From Selaginella moellendorffii (lineage: Eukaryota > Plantae > Lycopodiophyta): DNA of 64,000 nucleotides. The notes under the pieces were generated by a model. That model searched no databases. It worked only from the letters and a program-made list of their open reading frames with translations, and was not told the origin of the DNA. This document shows positions 23,766 through 37,244 of this stretch, one piece after another. Each line of letters begins with the position of its first letter. Position 1 is the first letter of the stretch. Made by a program: the position numbers and the translations under genes. Where the stretch lies: the NCBI RefSeq assembly GCF_000143415.4, contig NW_003314315.1:1115514-1179513 (forward strand), given 5' to 3'.

Positions 23766-25180
23766 TCACTTGCTCAGCTCTCGGGTCACCTCCCGCGAGA
23801 GGCTGAGTTGCAACGCATTGTTCCATGCAAACAAGGTCCGAGTCACTGGAAGTTTGCGGCGGAGCTCCTGCAAGTACGTAATACGTGTGCTGGTTATCTC
23901 TCTCCGGACAACATGGAAAACAAAGAGGATCAAACCTTGAAAGTGTTGTCTGATAGCTTTGAATAGGATTCCTGTGAACAAAAGAACGTGTAAATGGCGG
24001 CCTGGAGAAGTAGCTAACCATACCTCTAGTGATAACAAGTACTCGGACTCTTTGCTACGGATTATATTCACCACGGCTGTTGCCACGTCCAGAGGATTCT
24101 ACGAAGGAGCAAGCAATGAACTGAATAGATTTGTCGATGGAAGGTTGAGAAACAAACCTGGAGTACGGTTGAATCCGAGCCTTCGTAGTTGGTGTCGAGT
24201 TGAACGTTTCCCTCTTCGAAATAGTGTGCATTCACGTGAACTTTGCCTGTCAGATCCACAGACTGGAGCTCTTGGTTCACTTGAATCTTCCAGGTCGATC
24301 GCCAAGAGCCACTCCTGCAGTGCTGATACAGTGAGGAGAGCGTAGCGATTGTCGGGCAACTTACGAAAAGTTCTGATGGCTGATCTTAGACGCAGAAATT
24401 AGAGCTGTGAGTTCAAAAGGAGCATCGTCTTCTTCAGCAGTGCTCCCAGCGGTGCAAAACACGGCGCAAGAGCCTCTTGGAAACGCCTCTTCCACGTACT
24501 TGAGAAGCTCGGAATCTATGGCAGACCTACAAAAAATAAGAGCTTAGAATCCAGTCACAGAAAGGGAAGAAAAAAAAAAAAAGAAACACAACGAAAGTGT
24601 TGGAGTACCTGTACTCTTCAACAAATCCAGAGGGAAGCTCCTCGTCCGTAGCTGGACGAATTTTCGTGCAAATCTAGAAACATGAATGACACGAGTTTAT
24701 GTTTCTATTGAGCGAGTGAGAAAAGAAAAGAGAAGGAAAGAGAAGGCTTGCCTGTTTGATGTGATCCACAGTTGCTACCTGCGCGGTTCTAAGATCGAGG
24801 TAGTGCGTAGAATCGAGAGCGCCACAGTTGCTAACAAGCACCTGTCAGCAAGCACAGCGCTCCTGCAAATCAGGAATTCGTCACTGGAATTTAACAGCGA
24901 GCTCGAGAGATTTTACCTGGCCACTCCCATCCGGCAGCTCCAGGCAGATCATTTGCTCCATGTTGTAAATGGGGAATGCTTCGCTAGCCGCTTGCTGGTA
25001 GAGCTTGTCACTCATCAAAATCTTCTGGACATCTGCGCGGCCAAGCAATAAAAAATCTTTGCTTTGCAATCGATCAATCGCTGCATTACCTTTGGCGACC
25101 TGCTGGATCTGTCCTGGAGGCGATCGTAGCAGGAACCACTTCGCAATGCCGGCCTTGTGATCGTCCGTGGCCCCGTCCAT
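23766..25180 (-). CDS. CPA: F-actin capping protein alpha subunit
   Basis: IAKWFLLRSPPGQI, YNMEQMICL, SGSWRSTW, VNAHYFEEGNVQL, LRRKLPVTRTLFAW; multi-exon. Confidence 0.92.
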
Positions 25181-25264
25181 GGCGCTCTACACAAACATAA
25201 ACCCTAGCTAAAGACCTAGACAAGGTATCTTCGCTTAGCACATGGAATTAGCCGATAAGCACAC

Positions 25265-25345
25265 GTCAGGATGGCCGAGTTGGTCTAAGGCGCTAGTTTC
25301 AGGTACTAGTCCGTAAGGGCATGGGTTCGAATCCCATTCCTGACA
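25265..25345 (+). tRNA. tRNA-Leu(CAG)
   Basis: Acceptor stem GTCAGGA/TCCTGAC, A box TGGCCGAGTTGG, anticodon arm CTAGT-TTCAGGT-ACTAG, long variable arm, B box GGTTCGAATCC, downstream T-run. Confidence 0.96.
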
Positions 25346-25799
25346 GCTGTATAAATTTTAAAGCATATTTTTAACATTAGAACACTCATAATTAGGTTCC
25401 TCAAACTTATGGAGAATAAGATTTATATTTCTATTTATTAATTTAATTTATACATTTTTAAAAATTATAAAAAATAATCTAGGGAACTTTCCTTGTAACT
25501 TGCAAATAGATAATAAAAAATTTTATAAAGCCTTTAGCAAAGGCAACATTACCACAATCTAAAAGTTCTTTTGGTTGTTACAATATATAAAAGTTCACCA
25601 CCTTTAGTTAGCTTTTATGATTTCACTCCTAGTTAGCTCTAGATAGATAGTTAATTTGTAAGTAGGTTTTCCAACAAAATTTATATTCATGCTTAAGGCC
25701 TAAGAACTTAAGGTTTTCTTATTATTATCATAAGATTTAGTTTTGTTCTTTCTCCTTTCTTCTTCACAGCTCTCTGCCCCTTTCAAATGTGTTAACCCG

Positions 25800-26100
25800 A
25801 AGGTTTGACCCTATAGTCCTAAAAGTAGTTTTGAGAGATTTTCACCACACCTGAGTTGTGGCACATTAAGTGCATGCTTATAAAGATGATGTGATCAGGC
25901 ATCCCAATCTCTAGGATGTTTCTATAGTAGGTTTCCACTGCCTCAATTATATTAGTGGAAGTATAAATAGCCACCACTACAATCCATGACACCAAGTTTT
26001 GTACTAGCATTTTTTGAACCAAACTCAAATTTTCAACAGGAGTCCATTGCAAGTGAAGCCCATCACCATTGTTATTTAGGTAATGGCATTGTGCTCCTTA
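25800..26100 (-). pseudogene. Decayed PLS-PPR fragment
   Basis: KMLVQNLVSWIVVVAIY..EAVETY..GMPDHIIFISMHLMCHNSGVVKISQNYF resembles P2-L2 PPR motifs; AT-drifted. Confidence 0.6.
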
Positions 26101-26887
26101 ATTGCCTTGAAGAGGTTTATTGCTTCCGGTAGCAAGCCCCAAAATCATTTCAAATTACAGAATTCAAAGCTTATATCAGCCATGCACATTCAAAGTCGGG
26201 AAATCTCAATAAAATTGTTGACAAGATCATAACATATAGCAAGTTTATTGTTATTGCTTTGTTAACTGATATCTTTAAAAGAGAGTGGTATTAGCACACT
26301 TTGTATATTCAAAAGAATTATAACTATTTATAATGGTTGGTACTTCTTATTTGTGCACTAATTTTTATATTATATATAAAATCATTGTTATAGTAGAAAT
26401 AAATTATATAGAAAATTTTTATACATGTATAATAATGAATTTTAAACATTCAAACTGTGGGACTACCTTATATAATATTTTACAATCACTTAATTTTACA
26501 ATACTTAATTTTTAATAAACATTTAATCTGGAATCTATGTAATTATTTTCTAAAGATTATCTACAATTTTTCTAACTTATACTTATCATATTACAAGCAT
26601 ATTTATAATACATTTAATATGTTTTCTTCTAAAATTTATTTTAGTATATAGTCTTATAAAAATCCCAATAAAACTGAAAGTTTTTATCATTCAAAGCCTA
26701 ATATATCATTCTTCAAAGTTATTATATATATATATATATATATATAAAAAAAATGTTTTATTTATTTTTAAAAAATATTAAAATTAAAATAATGATTTTA
26801 TTTATAAATATTACTCTTTATAAATTAATATGTAGTAATTAAATCTATTAAAGATTATAAGCACAACAATACTATTTAATACTTATA

Positions 26888-27030
26888 GAAGTTTCTATAT
26901 GGGAAGCATAGTGGATTCACAAATGGTATTTGATTCATCTGCAACAAAAGACTCGATATCCTGGACAATGCTTATTATGGGACATAGTCATCTGGAAACC
27001 TCAATACATGTTTTTGAGAATTTTAGAAGT
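26888..27030 (+). pseudogene. Decayed PPR fragment
   Basis: Manual translation MGSIVDSQMVFDSSATKDSISWTMLIMGHSHLETSIHVFENF resembles an S-type PPR motif. Confidence 0.5.
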
Positions 27031-28628
27031 GAAACACAAGAAAGAACTAAATCTTAAACATCATTCGAAAAGATCACTTGATAGGTGCTACCAAAACCAT
27101 GACTATTAGATACACCAGCCCTAAGATTAACATAGCTTGTTCCCCGCTTTATTTCTTTATTGTTTAGGGTTTTACAAGTGTTCTTATATAGACTTTAGTT
27201 TATTTAGTCATCCAAATATAATATTAATTGGTGTGAGGTCCAAGTGCCATATACTAATATTAATGTAATGGAATTTTGGTAGGTGTTGGATTCGTTTTAA
27301 TCTGGACCGCTTGCTCTTGTATATAAATTAAGGTTTTTGGGCTAATTAATATGCATATTTTTTATATTCCCTTTCTATATTCCATGCACTCACATTAGTG
27401 GAGGTGAGGTAAGGATTGCTTGGATTTGGAATTTTGGTTTAGATCTAACTTTTGTATTATCTAGATCTAACTTTTTCTATTTTCTTACTTTTGTTCTTTC
27501 TTTTTAGGATTTTGGTTTAAATTTAACTTTTGCATTGTCTAGATTTCCCTTTCCTTTTTTCATTTCTCTTCTTTTCCCTTTTCATTCATCTTTATGGCAG
27601 AGTAGTAATCTCCTCCTTGTTTAACTCTGAAGTAATAGTGTAAGTGACTAATGTTTTCCATTCTACTTTAGTCACTTAACCACATCTCCGACCACTTGGA
27701 AGAGTCTCTTTCACGACCTCCGAAAGTCCAATTCGGGACTTAGGGCTTGATAGTCCCCAAGAATGGCCTCCATGCCGCTCAACCTTAGCACTTGGTCCAA
27801 GTGCTCCACGTGTCTGATCCCATGACTGACACCCTAAGGTACCACCGACATATTGGCCCGTTACGCTAAGGCCGTGCCCATTCACCTTGGTCACACCAGT
27901 GGTCTAACGCCACCTACATCATAGTCCCATTTCTCAAAAACTGGGCCATCCGTCCATAAATGATCATCCTATATCCACTCCTCCGCATCCTTAGGATGCT
28001 CACAGACATGGGGAATAACCTTCCCCAATATCTCTTTTCCAGTCCCCACCAAGTCCCTTTCTATCCGTGGCCGTGTTCGCCAATATTGCCACTGGATCAA
28101 GGCCCACAGGCCCGACCACTCAGTCCAACTGTCCTCTGGGACTTCCTCACTGTGTGACTGTGTCTTTGGTCACCACACCAGAGGGCTACTCCTCTTCCTT
28201 TCCACAGTCTGGGACTTTGGGGCAACATTTCGGAACACCGTGGCCCTACGCGGGCCTCGTGGGTACTCTCCTCGCCTTCTACCCTTGGGTGCTCTAGCCA
28301 TGGGCTTAGAGCGAGGTTCCGTTGAGCCACACTAGGTATCCAAGTAGGTAGTGCCACCCACACTTGGACTGGGAGCATCGGCCAGTCGATCTCCCGGGGG
28401 AACTAGAGCTGGCTCTTGAACACTTCACCAAGCTACCCACTTGTTCACTCTAGTCTTAGACTTCCCAGTGGGCAGCTCATCATCCAACACTAGGTCGGGC
28501 CTTCCTAGGCCAAACTAGCCTTTCCTGGCCAAATTAACTCCACTGCAGTCCTCCCCTTACTATACTTTTGGAGCTCACCAAACCCCCCAGGGTCTGGGAG
28601 ATGAATGCTTTGGGCTTTCACCCTCTCA

Positions 28629-29220
28629 GACTTGGACTTGGACTCGGACTCGGACTCGGACTCGGACTCGGACTCGGACTCGGACTCGGACTCGGGCTCG
28701 GTCTCGGGCTCGGTCTCAGGCTCGGTCTTGGGCTCGGTCTCGGTCTCGATCTTGGTCTTGGTCTCGGTCTTGGTCTTGGTCCCAGTCTCAGTCTCAACTT
28801 CAAGCTCCATCTCGGGTCCATCTCGGACTCCATCTCGGGTCCCATCTCGGACTCCATCTCAGACTCCATCTCGGGCTCCATCTCGGACTCCATCTCGGGT
28901 CCATCTCAGGCTCCATCTCGGGTCCACCTCGGACTCCATCTCGGGTCCCATCTCAGACTCCATCTCGGACTCCATATCAGACTCCATCTCGGGTCCATCT
29001 CGGGTCCACCTTGGACTCCAACTCGGGTCCACCTTGGACTCCATCTTGGGTCCCATCTCGGACTCCATCTCGGACTCCATCTCGGGTCCCATTTCGGACT
29101 CCATCTTGGGTCCTATCTCGGACTCCATCTCAAACTCTATATCGGACTCCATATTGGGTCCCATCTCGGACTCCATCTCGGACTCCATCTCAGACTCCAT
29201 ATCGGACTCCATCTCGGGTC
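28629..29220. repeat. Hexamer-based tandem array (CTCGGA/CTCCAT/CTCGGG/TCCCAT) in LTR of A; second copy at ~50869-51450
   Basis: Directly visible period-6/12 array; produces spurious ORFs on both strands. Confidence 0.9.
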
Positions 29221-32200
29221 CTTTTGGGTCCCTTTTTGGAGCCTCGCTTATTGCTCGCTTCATGCTTGTTCCTCGGGCACTTTGTTGGGAGTTCCACTCT
29301 CGCTCTTGACCTTTCCAAGTTGGAGCTTTTGGTCCAAACATGTTATACTCGTTTGGCTTTTGCTTCAGCCACTACCACGTAGCACCCTTTCGGCTCCACT
29401 TTGGGGCCTAGGGATTTTGTGTCTCACAACTCCACCACCCATAGACGAAGTTCGATGTCCTCATCGAATGGTAAACCCTTTCATAAAGTAACACCCACAC
29501 GTGTTACCATTTCCATCCATGGCACCTAGCCAATATTTGTTTATGGTTTGACACCAAAGGCTCACCATGCCTTGTCCATCCTCTAAGGAGTATAGCCCCT
29601 CCAACTTAGAGGCTCATTCCACCACTTGTGGTGGTTCTCTCCTGTTATTGATTTAGTTCTCACTAAACCTGTTAGAGATACCTTCTCTAACTCAATCCCA
29701 CTACTCATTCTCGAGTGGTCTCACTTTCCATTGATATAACCCTTGCACTTTGGAACTTTTAATTCTGACTTCTCAAAGTCAATTTTCTGGGTGTCTCTGA
29801 CACCTTGTATTGCACATATTGTGCAACTCCACTTCCCCATCCTAGGAAGTTCTCTACTCGAGGGCAACATCATCCTCTCTTCGATTTCTGCCACCTTTGG
29901 CACTAAGTTCTGGTTATCATAATTTATGCTAGGGCTGTCCACGTCCCTATCATTTGGCTACCTTACCACTCCCACCCTTAGAGCTTCCACTTTTGCCACA
30001 TTGGAGCAATTAAAAATCCATCCTTGGGAATACATTGCCTTTCCCACAATCCGTTAGCACCCAACACTTTAGTGTTCTTGGCCTAACTTTGCCATTTGAA
30101 TTTTTTCTCATGATTCCCATGGCTCTTTACTTAGCCATTAGTCTTTTGCTCCTATCCTTGATTGTTGCACCTAGCAACATAGGATCGCTACTTCCATTTT
30201 CGAGGTATCCTTTTGGTTCCATAGCAAAGACTCTCCTTTGCCATGTCCGGAGGGTGTTCACCCCTAGTATGTCTCTTTAGCATCTTCTGCTATGGGGTCT
30301 ATCCACAGCCCAACTTTGTGACCCTCTCATGGGTCTCTTATAGAGACTACTTTCCTCGGACTCATAATACCATTGTATTGTTGTAGTTCATTTCCCTTAG
30401 GTGTCCTTCCCACTTGGTCATCTTGACCAAGCCACACCACTATCAATAGTTCCAATCAACACTTTGAACTTTGAACTTTATCCTTTAACCTCACAAGGAC
30501 CTTAACCTTGTTTTAGCCATAAGATCACCTAGTGATCTAAGCTCGGCACCTCAATAGGTTTGCCAATAGGTACTAGGTCTCATAAACCTTTAAGTTGTTG
30601 ACTATGACTCTGGGGGCATCCCCCACGCTTGGCAATGTGCCCAAGCCAGCCCTTCCGGCCAAGGGTCCATAGCAACTGAGACTGGGTGTCCCCATCTCAT
30701 TCACCTCGTCCTTGGTGCCCCCTTGCACCAAAGTGTTCAAGTTAGATATGCTGAGCTTTCACACTAAGCAATCTAACCGTGCATCACGACTCCGAGGCAT
30801 CCCTCGCTTGGCTGTGTGCCCAAACCAGTCACCCCACTAAGAGTCCATGACCACCGAAATATGAGTATCCTCATATTCCAAACCATCACCACGCCCTAGT
30901 GATTTGGGACTCGAACCTAAGCACTAGAGGGTCGGGACTCGAACCCAACCTCCGTATATGCATCTACGGACGGCATCACACAAGATGCCTGGCATGACTC
31001 CCCACGCCGGTGCACCAACTTATATTTAAAGCGCGCTACAGATCACAGCTTAGGAACTTAGTTCCTGCACACTGCCAAGTCCTCTCACTTGACATGTCTG
31101 TGATCATGCATGGACTCCTCCATGCTTGGCCCCATGGGCCACCCTTTTTGAAGTTAGCACCTTCAATTGGGGTATTTGTTCCCCCCCAACTTGTCAATCT
31201 CACTTAGCAAGTCAACCGGCCACTGTAACATGGTTCGTACATAAGCGTGAAAGTCCTTAATCATTGACTTTCATTCAAAGCCCTCTCTTTGAACACTCGG
31301 GAACTACTTCCCCCAACCTTGATAACCTCGCCTCATGGCAAGCTTCAAGACCACGCTTCTGCTGTGCCATTTTGATTTTGCCTGTTTTATGAACCATTTA
31401 CACTTGGCTTTCTAGGTATCCAGCTACCTAGAACTGTCTTTGGGAACCTTTCGAAGGAATTAGCTTGTTAAGGCCTCTCCTTTCGCAAGCTTTCCAATTG
31501 CCATATAGTCTAACATGGACAATCCCATGTTTTTGACTCTCCATGGCATCCCGGTCGCTAATAACAACATGCTTGAGCACCCATTTGATTCTCCACTCCC
31601 AACTTACATAACCACCCTTGGTCATGCCCTTCAATTCTTATGGTTCAATTCCATCCCTTTACTACTTGTCTTTTGGCCTTATATGTTTCCTTCGGTCATT
31701 CTCCTCCAGACTAGGAAGATAACTTTGCACTTTCTACCATGCCTTGGCAAGTATTTATAGGGATGAACTTACCCGATAGCCTAGGGAGTGGTTCCTCAAT
31801 TTGGGTTTGCTCCCCTCGTAATCCCATATACTGAAATTGCCGTTGCTACTTATGGGCCTTTTTATGCCCATCACTAGTCTTGCCAAAATCCCTTTTTGGC
31901 TTTGTCCTAATCGGGTAGATGGACTTCCCCCATCTCCGCAACCTTGGACATTTGGATAACACTTCCTATCCATCATTCACTAGGGACTTTGTCCCTTGTG
32001 CCTTATCCATGCCCTCACGACAACAAACACCACCTCCTGATGTTCCAAAGTGCTTCGGTGTCCCAATAATGGCTTTTTTGACAATGAGCATTCCCTTTAC
32101 AACATTGACTTATTATATCGCAACCTAAGCAATTTCTCCCCCATAAGGGTATATGTAACTTCCTTATCCCAATAAGGAGTCTTAGGTAGTTGCCTTCTAC

Positions 32201-35200
32201 CAGTTTAATGATTTATTTTGCACCTTTTACTTAGTTGCCTTATAGTTGTCAAGTCCTACAACTCATTGTTGGTGCTTCCATACCTCCATCGTCATTTGGG
32301 TCACCACACTCTAACCGCATGCCTTTCAGCATAAGCTATGCTATTCCCATTTCCATTGGGATTCCTTTAAAAGGGGTTCTCATAAACCCGCCAACTTGAC
32401 CTCAAGGCCGCACGCCTTGGCACCTTCGGTGTCTCCACACCATCGGCTCCACGAGCCTACTTTTATGACACTTCTTACTGGTGTCTAGGTATTTTTGCCA
32501 AGACCAATATGGTTGTCTCTTATGCCAATCATCCATTAGCACTGCACCATAGAGTTCACACACAACTTTGCGTCAAAGTTGTTTTCTTCCGGGAAATTCC
32601 TTCCCACGACTTTAGCATGGCACTTTCTCCCATCAATGAGATACACACGGTTCTCATGCTTAGATCTCAAGATCCTCCCCATCCTTCATGGGGCACCACA
32701 CACCTCAGTTCAAATGCTTCCATCAATCCCTTAGGATCATTCCTTGACTCTATCAGAGTCATCAGACTTTTTTGGACTTTGTTAATCCGACGACCCATAA
32801 GGTCCTACTTTTGAGGTGCCAGCTCACTAGAATACAACTCCTTGTATTCATGTCCTACTCATAAGGACCATCTTTGCAAGTGTTACTCCAACACTTGATT
32901 TTGTGAGAAACTAACTTGCCGAGGTGTCGTAGGCTAAAGGAACCCCAAAAGCATGACCAAAATGACAAAGAGTTCATCGGATGGGACCAAGTCGAAGATC
33001 GAGTCCAAGACCGACTCTAGGACCGAGTTCGAGATAGAGTCCGGAATCGAGTCCGAGACCGACTTGGGGACCGAGTTCGAGTCCGAGTTCGAGACCGAGT
33101 TCAAGATGGAGTCCGAGATCCGAAATTGGGTCCGAGATCGAGTCCGAGGTCGAGTCCGAGGTCGGGTCCGAGATCGGGTCCGAGATCGAGTCCGAGATCG
33201 AGTCCGAGACCGAATCCGAAGTCGGATCTGAAATCGGGTCCGAGATCGAGCCAGAGACTAAGTCCAAATACTAATACGGGTCAAGGGGTGAAAGCCCAAA
33301 GCGTGCGTCTCCCAGAGGGGGGGGGGGGGGGGGGGGGGGGCTGCAGGGGGTTCCAAAAGTATAATAGGGATAGTGAGGTCCAGGAACCAGTCTTGAAGGA
33401 ACTCTCCAGTGGTGCTTCCAAATTGACTTGAGGTTGAGACTGGGGCCGAGGGGCCTTGGGTGGGAGTGAGCATGGGCTTGAGTGGTGCTGTAAGGGCCAC
33501 CCAGGGAAGTGCTCAAGAGCAGCTCCCACTCCCGAAAGGGAAACCGACTACGGTGCTCCCGGCTCATGTGGAGTGGTGCCCCACTTGAGTACCTTGTGGC
33601 TCATTGGTCCTCGCCCTTCCTAGGGGCTTCGGCCTTCCCTTCGGGATGGAAGAGGGGGGGGTAGAGGTACCCACACCGGGCCGTTAGGCCACGGTGTTTC
33701 GCCCCGACGTCCCGAAGCAAGTGCTGCACCCAAGACTTGGGATTTAGAGGGTCCCATGATCAAGTCTTGTGGTACCAAGGGGTGTTAGGAATCTGGAGGC
33801 TTGGTGTGCTTGGCTGCTTGTGCCTGTTGGGAGTGTAGCTGAACCTTAAGTCTAGTCTAACCCGAGGAGGGGGATTGGGAGAGATTTGGGAATCCGTAGA
33901 TGGATGGCTAACACTCTGTTGCTCGTGCAGTGAGTAGCTGAAACCAAGTAGGACTAAGTAGGAGCTGGTACCATAGGCGGGAACCTTGGCGAGGGAACTT
34001 AGCACAAGCCAAGGCAGAGTTGGTCGGATAGACGAGGTAAGCTGGCAAAATGGAAAGGAAAAATTTGTGGCTTACAATTTGGTATCGGAGCCTCTTCCTC
34101 AGTTCTAGCGAAGGATAGAGGCGGATTGCTGGGAGATGGCAAGGGCAGGACGTAAGCGAACCCAGGCAGAGGCGGAATCTCCTCCAGAGCTGGAGCCTCT
34201 GGTCGAACAGGAGGCTATGGATGAGGAATCCTTGCATGAGGAGGACTCCAGTGAGGCAACTTCCAAACAGGAGTCTGGTGGTGAGGTTCGGTCGTCCAAG
34301 GCTCGATTGGACGTTCTAGAAGGACAATTGGCACAGACCAATGCCCTGCTAGAGACTCTCGTACGCAAGCTAAAGCGTGATGAGAAGCGGAAGAAAAAGC
34401 AAAAGACTGCGGATGCTGGCAGCGCAGAAGGTGCGGACCCTTCGGCAGGGACTGAGGCAAAACCAGACAAGGTCGAACAGACCGAAGTGGAATCAGTCCC
34501 TCAGGCAGTTCCCAAGTACAAACCAAAGCCCCCACCGGTCTTCAAGGGAGTGAACGACTATAAGGTGGTGGAGGATTGGTTTTACGATATGGAGGACTAC
34601 TTCCGAGCGTTGCTATTACCGAGCTTAGAGAAGGTCCCATGTGCAAAACCATACTTGGCAGATAATGCCAAGTCTTGGTGGAGAACGACAGAGGCCAACG
34701 ACCACTTGGGAAATGATGAAGGCGAGGATCCGCGCAACTTACGTTCCTCTGAATGCTACTCTGCATCTAAGGGACGAGCTGAGTAGGCTGAAGCAGACCG
34801 AAACCATTCAGGAGTATGTGAATGGGTTCATGGCAAAGAGGATACTTGTCACGGACATGGAGGATATGGATGCGTTCCATGCCTTCATATCAGGTTTGCA
34901 AACTTGGGCTCGCGGCGAAGTAATGCGGTGGAACCCGACCAACTACAAGGAAGCGTTGGATGCGGCCATCAAGGTGCATTTCAACGATAACCTGCGAAAG
35001 GGGAACACGACGGGGTCGGGATCCACATTTAGCAAAGGGGCCAAACCAAGGGGAACGTTTAGCAGAGGGAAATTCAAGAAGAGTTTCTCTAAGAATGAGT
35101 CCTCAGGGTTCCGGAAAGGCAGATCCGGTGGCTAGCGAGCGAGTACGTGGGGGAGTCAAGCGAAAAGAGACAAACCCATGGATAAGAAGGTCAAGTCATA

Positions 35201-37244
35201 TAGCAGCGTGGGAAACAACGTATGTTACAACTGCGGTGAAGTGGGACACTTCTCGAGGGAATGTCCCTACCCGAAGAAGGCCAGAGCCAATATGGCCATC
35301 AAGTCGGGTGAAGTCCAAACTAAGGTATGTGATCCAGTCCCTAACTCAAAGTTACTCATCACACGAGCAACTTTGGTAGAGAGTCGTTCGCGACATCTAC
35401 TAGCCCTCCGAGGGAAGCTCGGAGGTAACTTTGCTAAAATCCTTATTGACACGGGTGTTTCGGATAATTTTGTGGCTGCAGACATAGTCCGGCAAGCCAG
35501 ACTAATGGTGCAGCGGCTAGGCGAACCAAGGACTATAGAGTTTGTTCAAGGTAGCCAAAGCACCGATGAGGTACTTCGACAAGCGAGAGTCGAAGTGGGG
35601 ACTTGGAAGGTGGACATGGATTTCACCGTGTTGGACATGGCGGGATTTGACGTGATCTTCGAAATGGACTGGTTCAATCGATTCGTGGTAGCCCTGCATG
35701 GACAAGGTAGAAACCTTGTGGTACTGGCGAATGCCCAAGGAAGAAGATCTAGGGTGGAGGCCTAAGATCTAAAGGTAGGGCAAAGCAAAGCCAAAGAATC
35801 TTGCTTAAACCTGGTGTCCACGAGAGGACAACTCGCTAAAGGAACTAAGGCGGCCTTTTTGTGCTTACTCTCGGTGAAGAGTGACAAAAAGACAGGAATG
35901 GAAGAAGTACCTTTAGTGATCCAGCGGGTGTTGGACCAATTCCAGGATACCATGCCGGAGGAGCTACCGGCGGGGCTACCCCCAGCACGACCGATAGAAC
36001 ATAAGATTGAGCTGGTCGAGTGTGCTGAGGCGGTGGTTCGTCCCCCTTATCGTTTGAACGAAAAAGAACTCAAGGAGCTCAAGTGCCAACTAGAGGAGTT
36101 GGTGGACAAAGGGTATGTTAGGTTGAGCAAGTCGCCGTATAGGGCACCGGTGTTATTTGTGAAAAAGAAAGATGGATCTATGCGCATGTGCATAGACTAC
36201 CGGTTGCTCAACAAGTATACAAAGAAGAACAAGTACCCTTTGCCAAGGATTGAGGACCTGTTCGATAGGTTGGGAAAGGCAAAATACTTCTCGAGGATTG
36301 ACCTAAGGTCAGGATACTACCAGATCAGGGTAGCCGAGGAAGATGTCGAGAAGACAACCTGTCGAACGAGGTATGGGAGCTTTGAGTTTCTGGTGATGCG
36401 CTTCGGGCTGTGTAACGCGCCGGCAACGTTTTTGGCGCTAATGAACCACATCTTTGTACCCTATCTGGATCACTTCGTGGTCGTCTATATCGACGACATC
36501 CTGATCTATAGCGAGACGCTAGAGGAGCATGCCGAACACTTGGCGAAGGTGTTTGAGAAACTAAGGGAACACAAACTGTATGCTAAAGAGAGCAAATGTG
36601 ACTTTGCTCAACAAGAGGTAAAGTTTCTCGGGCATGTGGTGGGCCAGGATGGGCTCAAGGTGGACCCGGAGAAGGTCCAAGCGATCCAGGAATGGGAGCG
36701 ACCATCGAATGTACACGAGTTGAGGGCATTCCTGGGGCTATGCAACTACTATCGAAAGTTTATCAGACACTATTTGAGAGTAGCCCTGCCCTTAACGGAC
36801 CAAACAGGAAAAGGGAAGATGGTGTGGACAGCGGAATGCGAGGCGGCATTCGTCCACCTCAAAGGGAAGTTGAGGAAGGCTCCCGTATTGGCATTACCAG
36901 ACTTTGGTAAGGACTTTGAGGTAGAAACGGATGCTTCGGACTTTGCGTTGGGCGCAGTTTTGAAGCAAGACAACCATCCGGTAGCGTTCTTCTCGAAGAA
37001 GTTGGACAAGGCTTAACGGAAGTGGCCTGCCCACGAGAAGGAATTGTTTGCGGTGGTCAAGGTGCTCAAGGAGTGGCGACACTACCTTGGGAGACACTTC
37101 AAGGTTTACACGGACAATGTGGCAACAAAACACTTCTTGTCACAGCCCGACCTGAGAGGGAAACAAAGTCGGTGGGCCAATGCCTTGGCCGAGTTTGATT
37201 GCAAGATTCTGTACAAGCCTGGGAAGAGCAACATCATGGCGGAT

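Noticed and set aside
28629-29220. CRISPR-like regularity
   Set aside because: There are no unique spacers; it is a simple tandem array in a eukaryotic LTR.
28505-29491. Long ORFs on both strands (LGLGLG/DSDSDS/SESESE), also at 32953-33431, 39907-40246 and 50643-51701
   Set aside because: These are by-products of stop-free hexamer arrays in LTRs, and the frames differ between LTR copies.
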